Assembly: GCA_030149205.1 (NCBI GenBank)
Contig: JASBSB010000007.1
Location: forward strand, 422,473-486,472
Source: Candidatus Heimdallarchaeota archaeon
GTDB lineage: Archaea; Asgardarchaeota; Heimdallarchaeia; Heimdallarchaeales; Kariarchaeaceae
DNA: 64,000 bases
Reading direction: 5' to 3'
Shown: one piece after another, positions 59,914-64,000 of the stretch
Layout: each line of letters begins with the position of its first letter
Position numbering within the stretch: the first letter of the stretch is position 1
Made by a program: the position numbers and the translations under genes
The notes under the pieces: model-generated
The model's input: only the letters and a program-made list of their open reading frames with translations
Database searches by the model: none
What the model was told of the DNA's origin: nothing

Positions 59914-60750
59914 TTGTGTATAAACCGTTATTCGATGATTTTGCCAAAGCTTGTGGAGATGGAGTCAAAAAAAATCTCTAATAACTATGTATTTGTTGTA
60001 ACCCCACAATCAACCTTAGCAGAATCAATTAGTCTGTTCTTAGATTTTGATATTGATCATCTTCCAGTGTTACGAGGGTCTTCAATAGAGGGTGTTATAA
60101 CACCTAAATCGATTCTTTCATATCTTTCAAAAAATAATGATGTGCTCTCTCTCAATCATACAGTAGACGCAGTTCCATTACAAAAACCCGCAGTCCTACG
60201 TCCTGAGGCACCAATAGCAGAATCTATTATGAAATTACAAAAAGGACATGAAATGGTGGTTCTGTCATCTGAACACATAATCAGGGGATCTATTACCTGC
60301 CACGATATACTAGATACCAATTTTCTCTGGTTAAACAAAGAGAACCATCACTTAGATGAAAGTTTTCTTCTTCCTTTGAAAACTATGTTCGAGCAGCAAG
60401 TAAGCCTTGAAACATCGCTCTCTGAGGTCATTACAAGGATATCACGGTCCCCCTTTAGATTCATACCAGTATTCGATGCAGAGACTCAACTTTGGCAGGG
60501 CTTTATCAGTGGAAAAATGATTCTGCACCAGATTAGCAATTTGCTTTCATACTCTGAATTAGAACAATTTGATAATATCGACACCATAACTGTGGTTGAA
60601 ATGCATCCAATCATGCTTAAAAAACCAATTTTGATAAAGCAGGTTAGATATGCCCTCTTAGAAACATTAACTGTGCCCATTTTAGATGAAGATAATTTTC
60701 CATCTGATTTTGTTATCCCCAGGTCTCTTCTTAACTATTTACACATTTAA
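59914..60750 (+). CDS. CBS-domain-pair protein (two Bateman modules)
   Basis: 'VTPQSTLAESISLFLDFDIDHLPVL...VITPKSILSYL' and repeated similar units. Confidence 0.5.
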   Translation: MCINRYSMILPKLVEMESKKISNNYVFVVTPQSTLAESISLFLDFDIDHLPVLRGSSIEGVITPKSILSYLSKNNDVLSLNHTVDAVPLQKPAVLRPEAPIAESIMKLQKGHEMVVLSSEHIIRGSITCHDILDTNFLWLNKENHHLDESFLLPLKTMFEQQVSLETSLSEVITRISRSPFRFIPVFDAETQLWQGFISGKMILHQISNLLSYSELEQFDNIDTITVVEMHPIMLKKPILIKQVRYALLETLTVPILDEDNFPSDFVIPRSLLNYLHI

Positions 60751-61016
60751 AAAATTAAAGTCTGTTTAAATTAGTTAGTTCTATTCTTTTCATATTACTG
60801 ATACTTTGTAAACTATTAATTTGGTTTTGGGATCAGATGATTTGAGTTTATTATTCTGTTAATCATTTCTTTTTCTGAGACAGGATTTTCTTCATGTGTA
60901 CTCCCAAAATTGATTCAGCTCAACGTTAATGCCCTCATTCAATTTGTACTAAAACAGAACCTTGAGAATAAAACTCATATCCCAACTCTAATAAGAGTAA
61001 ACGGGTGTGGTGAATT

Positions 61017-61466
61017 ATGTCTAAAGAAGTAGAGATTCTAAGCCAATTCATTGGTAGTAAATTGGATTTTGTTCCCTCTAAACTTACAAGATGGTTAAAT
61101 GGAACGCTTACCGAGGTAAAGAAGGGCTCAATTGTAATTGAATACAAAGTTACAGAGGATATGCTTAATCCATTCCAGGTCTTGCATGGAGGCGTCATTG
61201 CTGCCATGTTAGATGACACTGTTGGTCTGACAATTTTTACGTCTGGAGAATCATATTTCTATACCACCATTAATCTAAATGTGGACTATTTCTCATCATT
61301 AAAGGTCGGTGACATAGCACTCGCAGAGTCTGAACTTATAAAACACGGTTCAAAGGTCTCAAATCTGATCCTGAGATTAAAAGACTCAAATGAGAAATTA
61401 ATTGCAATGGCTCATACCAATCTTATTCGTACCAACATACCTGTAAGCAAATTTTTTCCCGTCTAA
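61017..61466 (+). CDS. PaaI/YbgC-type hotdog-fold acyl-CoA thioesterase
   Basis: 'NPFQVLHGGVIAAMLDDTVG' hotdog thioesterase signature; 149 aa. Confidence 0.75.
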   Translation: MSKEVEILSQFIGSKLDFVPSKLTRWLNGTLTEVKKGSIVIEYKVTEDMLNPFQVLHGGVIAAMLDDTVGLTIFTSGESYFYTTINLNVDYFSSLKVGDIALAESELIKHGSKVSNLILRLKDSNEKLIAMAHTNLIRTNIPVSKFFPV

Positions 61467-61491
61467 GCTGGTGTAGAAAAGATAAAATAGA

Positions 61492-62388
61492 TTGTCGCAT
61501 TCTTTCAGTTACTTGATATCAAATTTAGAAGAAGGATTTGCGAATGTAAATGAACTCACACTCCATTATGTCAGTCTTGGTGAAAAGGGTGACCCTCTAT
61601 TAATTCTCCTGCATGGGTTTCCAGAATATTGGACGGGATGGCTCAAGGTAGCGGAGAAGTTGGTTATAGAGGGCTTCTTTGTCGTCCTTCCCGATCAAAG
61701 GGGATACAATCTAAGTAGCAAACCAAAAGGAGTAAAAAACTATCAAATTTCGAATTTGGTTTCAGATGTTGTAGAACTTGCAAAACAATTGGGGTACAGT
61801 CAGTTTATCCTAGGTGGCCATGATTGGGGCGCAGGTGTTGCTTGGGCAACTGCATTACTCAAACCAGAGCATGTAACCAAGCTAATAATTGTGAATGTGC
61901 CGCATCCAGTATCCATGGTTAAATACCTTAGAAGGAGCTGGAGACAGAAGTTAAAGTCATGGTACATGTTCATGTTTCAGATCCCTTGGATACCTGAGTT
62001 CCTTTCCCAAAGGTTCAACTATTATGTGTTCCGCAGAACAATCACCAGGTCTTCACTCCCTGAAACTTTTTCACAAGAGGAGATTGAAGAATTAACTCAA
62101 ACCTGGGGAAAGAAAGGTGCGTTATCCTCAATAATTAATTGGTATCGAGCCGCATTTAGATTTCCAGCCAAATATGAAAACAAGATCGTTGAGATTCCTA
62201 CGCTCATCATTTGGGGTAAAAATGACAGGTTTTTACTAGAAGAAGCTGGAAGAGATAGCCTGAATTACTGTTCTGAGGGGAAGTTTCATCTAATTGAAGA
62301 TGCAACCCACTGGGTTTTGCATGAGAGACCAGAACAGGTAAGAATGGCAATTGTTGATTTTTTGTCCTCTGAAAGAAAACAGAATTGA
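61492..62388 (+). CDS. Alpha/beta hydrolase, epoxide-hydrolase-like
   Basis: 'LLILLHGFPEYW' oxyanion HGxP, nucleophile elbow 'GGHDWGAGVAW' (Asp nucleophile as in epoxide hydrolases/haloalkane dehalogenases), C-terminal 'DATHW' His. Confidence 0.8.
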   Translation: MSHSFSYLISNLEEGFANVNELTLHYVSLGEKGDPLLILLHGFPEYWTGWLKVAEKLVIEGFFVVLPDQRGYNLSSKPKGVKNYQISNLVSDVVELAKQLGYSQFILGGHDWGAGVAWATALLKPEHVTKLIIVNVPHPVSMVKYLRRSWRQKLKSWYMFMFQIPWIPEFLSQRFNYYVFRRTITRSSLPETFSQEEIEELTQTWGKKGALSSIINWYRAAFRFPAKYENKIVEIPTLIIWGKNDRFLLEEAGRDSLNYCSEGKFHLIEDATHWVLHERPEQVRMAIVDFLSSERKQN

Positions 62389-62393
62389 ACAAA

Positions 62394-63515
62394 TTATCTA
62401 AATCTAATATTTTTTCTTCTGATAATTGGAATGATAAGGACAAAAATTAATTGAACTGAGACAAAGGGGTAATCTAGAAATTGCGCCTTGGGAAAAGGTG
62501 GTGCTGTGAATGTGCTCAGAGCACCACCATAAGAGTCCAACAGTGTCCCGTTGATGGTAGAATACTGGAAGAAACTTGAATTACTGCTTGTGACCAACAC
62601 TGAAGTGCCTCTCCAATCAAAGTTGTGAATTCTATAAGATGGTGTCTTAAATTCTAGCCTCTTTGTGAGGTCTGTTTTGTTCCAGACACTCACCACCCCT
62701 CCTTCATCCCCAAGAATCAGCTCAGAGTGGTTGAAATTAAAGGCGAAAGCGGTCACATTTTTTGAGTTCTTCAACACCGTGCTTTTACCATCAAAAAACC
62801 GTATCTCGTTGCGAACACTAACTACCAAGGTTTGATTATCCCATCCGATTGCCTTCGGTATGTGCTGGAACCCATAGGATTGTTGCTGGGTGCCATTTAT
62901 GATGACAACCGTGCTGTTTTTTAAAAGGAGTGCCACCTGATTGTTTGTGTTCACCTTGATGTCTAAGATTGTGGCATTGGTTTTCAGGATTGGAGTTATA
63001 CTCCCATTCATCATGTTAGGTCTTGCAAGAACCGCGGTTTTGTTTAGTGATAAATATGGGTCAACTAAGTTCTCCCCCACCAGTAACCCAAGCAGGAAGC
63101 CATCTTTAAACCACGACATAGCACTAAAAGAGTAACCTGCAGGATGGAATGTTGTCTTTTTGTGGTAACTTGCATTCCAGATATGTAATCCATCTAACCA
63201 GCTCATTCCCGCAAGATAAGTTCCATTTGATGACCAGGCTAATCCTGAAACTCTATCACGGGGGAGACTATCCATAAGTGGTGATTTGTAGAGACCAGTG
63301 CCTGAAGAAGAGTTTTTCACGCTCCAAATGATTATATTTGAATCACCACCCCCAGAGACTATCGTTGACCCATCTGGGCTCCATACAGCAAAAATGACGG
63401 GGCCGATATGTCCATATCTGTATACAATTCCTGGAATTGAGGCAAAAGAACCTGTGGTAAGGGAAATTACTAGTATTGAGACTAATATCAGTTTATTTTT
63501 CTGAGATAATTTCAA
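62394..63515 (-). CDS. Secreted/membrane-anchored WD40-like beta-propeller protein
   Basis: N-terminal TM/signal 'LILVSILVISLTTGSFA'. WD-like units 'WSPDGSTIVSGGGDSNIIIWSV', 'VSGLAWSSNGTYLA'. Many NxS/T sequons. Confidence 0.55.
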   Translation of the reverse strand: MKLSQKNKLILVSILVISLTTGSFASIPGIVYRYGHIGPVIFAVWSPDGSTIVSGGGDSNIIIWSVKNSSSGTGLYKSPLMDSLPRDRVSGLAWSSNGTYLAGMSWLDGLHIWNASYHKKTTFHPAGYSFSAMSWFKDGFLLGLLVGENLVDPYLSLNKTAVLARPNMMNGSITPILKTNATILDIKVNTNNQVALLLKNSTVVIINGTQQQSYGFQHIPKAIGWDNQTLVVSVRNEIRFFDGKSTVLKNSKNVTAFAFNFNHSELILGDEGGVVSVWNKTDLTKRLEFKTPSYRIHNFDWRGTSVLVTSSNSSFFQYSTINGTLLDSYGGALSTFTAPPFPKAQFLDYPFVSVQLIFVLIIPIIRRKNIRFR

Positions 63516-64000
63516 ATGTTCACCTCACTCATGAGCTTAGGTGTGATTGATTCAAAAACTTGATCCAGTATTCTGAGTTCCCACCATTTACCATCACCTA
63601 CCCACCAAAACTTTGAATAAAATGAATTGGGACCTGAATTTTTCCAAGAAAATGTAAACATTACAGAGTAAGGTCTATTACCCCAATCGTACGCTTCCCC
63701 TTTCCCAGAAATGTACCATTTCAAAATGGTAAACGTATGTCCTAATTCATGTAAAGCAACAGACTTGATTTTCTCATCATCTGTACGCCAATTGTTCCAT
63801 GTAGGGAGGTCTCGGATAGCCTGAACTGCGATAAACGCGACAGGATAAAACTCATAGTGGGTTCCATTATCATCTAATGCTAAATTCCATCCTAACGCCC
63901 CATCATCCTGTTTGTTACCAAAAAGCATGTATCTGTGGTTATCTGGGTGACCTGTTTTTACCCAGCTCTTGGTGTCATAGTAAGATCTAAGTGTTGGTTG
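63512..64000 (-). CDS. Zinc metalloprotease (metzincin/matrixin-like, HExxH); 5' partial, reading frame open to the window end
   Basis: 'VALHELGHTF' HExxH zinc-binding motif. Hand translation of 63929-64000 (minus) shows no stop, so the gene starts beyond the window; the ORF-track Met at 63928 is internal. 4-nt overlap with the WD40 gene. Confidence 0.55.
   Translation of the reverse strand, partial: QPTLRSYYDTKSWVKTGHPDNHRYMLFGNKQDDGALGWNLALDDNGTHYEFYPVAFIAVQAIRDLPTWNNWRTDDEKIKSVALHELGHTFTILKWYISGKGEAYDWGNRPYSVMFTFSWKNSGPNSFYSKFWWVGDGKWWELRILDQVFESITPKLMSEVNI

Noticed and set aside
1-64000. Mobile elements, integrases, toxin-antitoxin modules, restriction-modification or other defence systems
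   Set aside because: No transposase/integrase-like ORFs, terminal inverted repeats, or recognisable defence-gene signatures were seen. The methyltransferases present (KsgA, HemK/Mtq2-like, METTL5-like) carry RNA/protein-MTase motifs (NPPY/NPPF in small ~200-aa proteins next to translation genes) rather than R-M context.

Overview
The window reads as a low-GC archaeal chromosome segment. Archaeal housekeeping genes present include TFB, aIF2-alpha with an overlapping unannotated Nop10, ribosomal protein S15, KsgA/Dim1, a KEOPS Pcc1-like ORF, pyruvoyl-dependent arginine decarboxylase, and an AcnX-type (DUF521 + DUF126) phosphomevalonate-dehydratase pair. A eukaryote-like domain repertoire (Ras-superfamily small GTPase, LRR, HEAT, WD40, thrombospondin type-3, integrin-alpha FG-GAP, FN3) suggests an Asgard (Lokiarchaeia-like) archaeon; this is inference from domain content only. 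The standout region is a 20-kb, co-directional, tightly spaced block at 23814-43940. It encodes four secreted, C-terminally membrane-anchored surface proteins of 2208, 2910, 832 and 549 aa, carrying TSP3, FG-GAP/BNR, parallel beta-helix and EEP + 2x FN3 domains. Together they look like an undescribed cell-surface adhesion module. Other notable loci: an LRR protein, TFB and a Ras-like GTPase all on the minus strand at 45716-49113; a TusA-DsrE-DsrE-TusA-SQR-like sulfur-trafficking cluster at 55996-58561; thrB-thrC; and two degenerate DHH (RecJ/Cdc45-like) paralogs. I recognised no rRNA, tRNA, CRISPR array or transposase.
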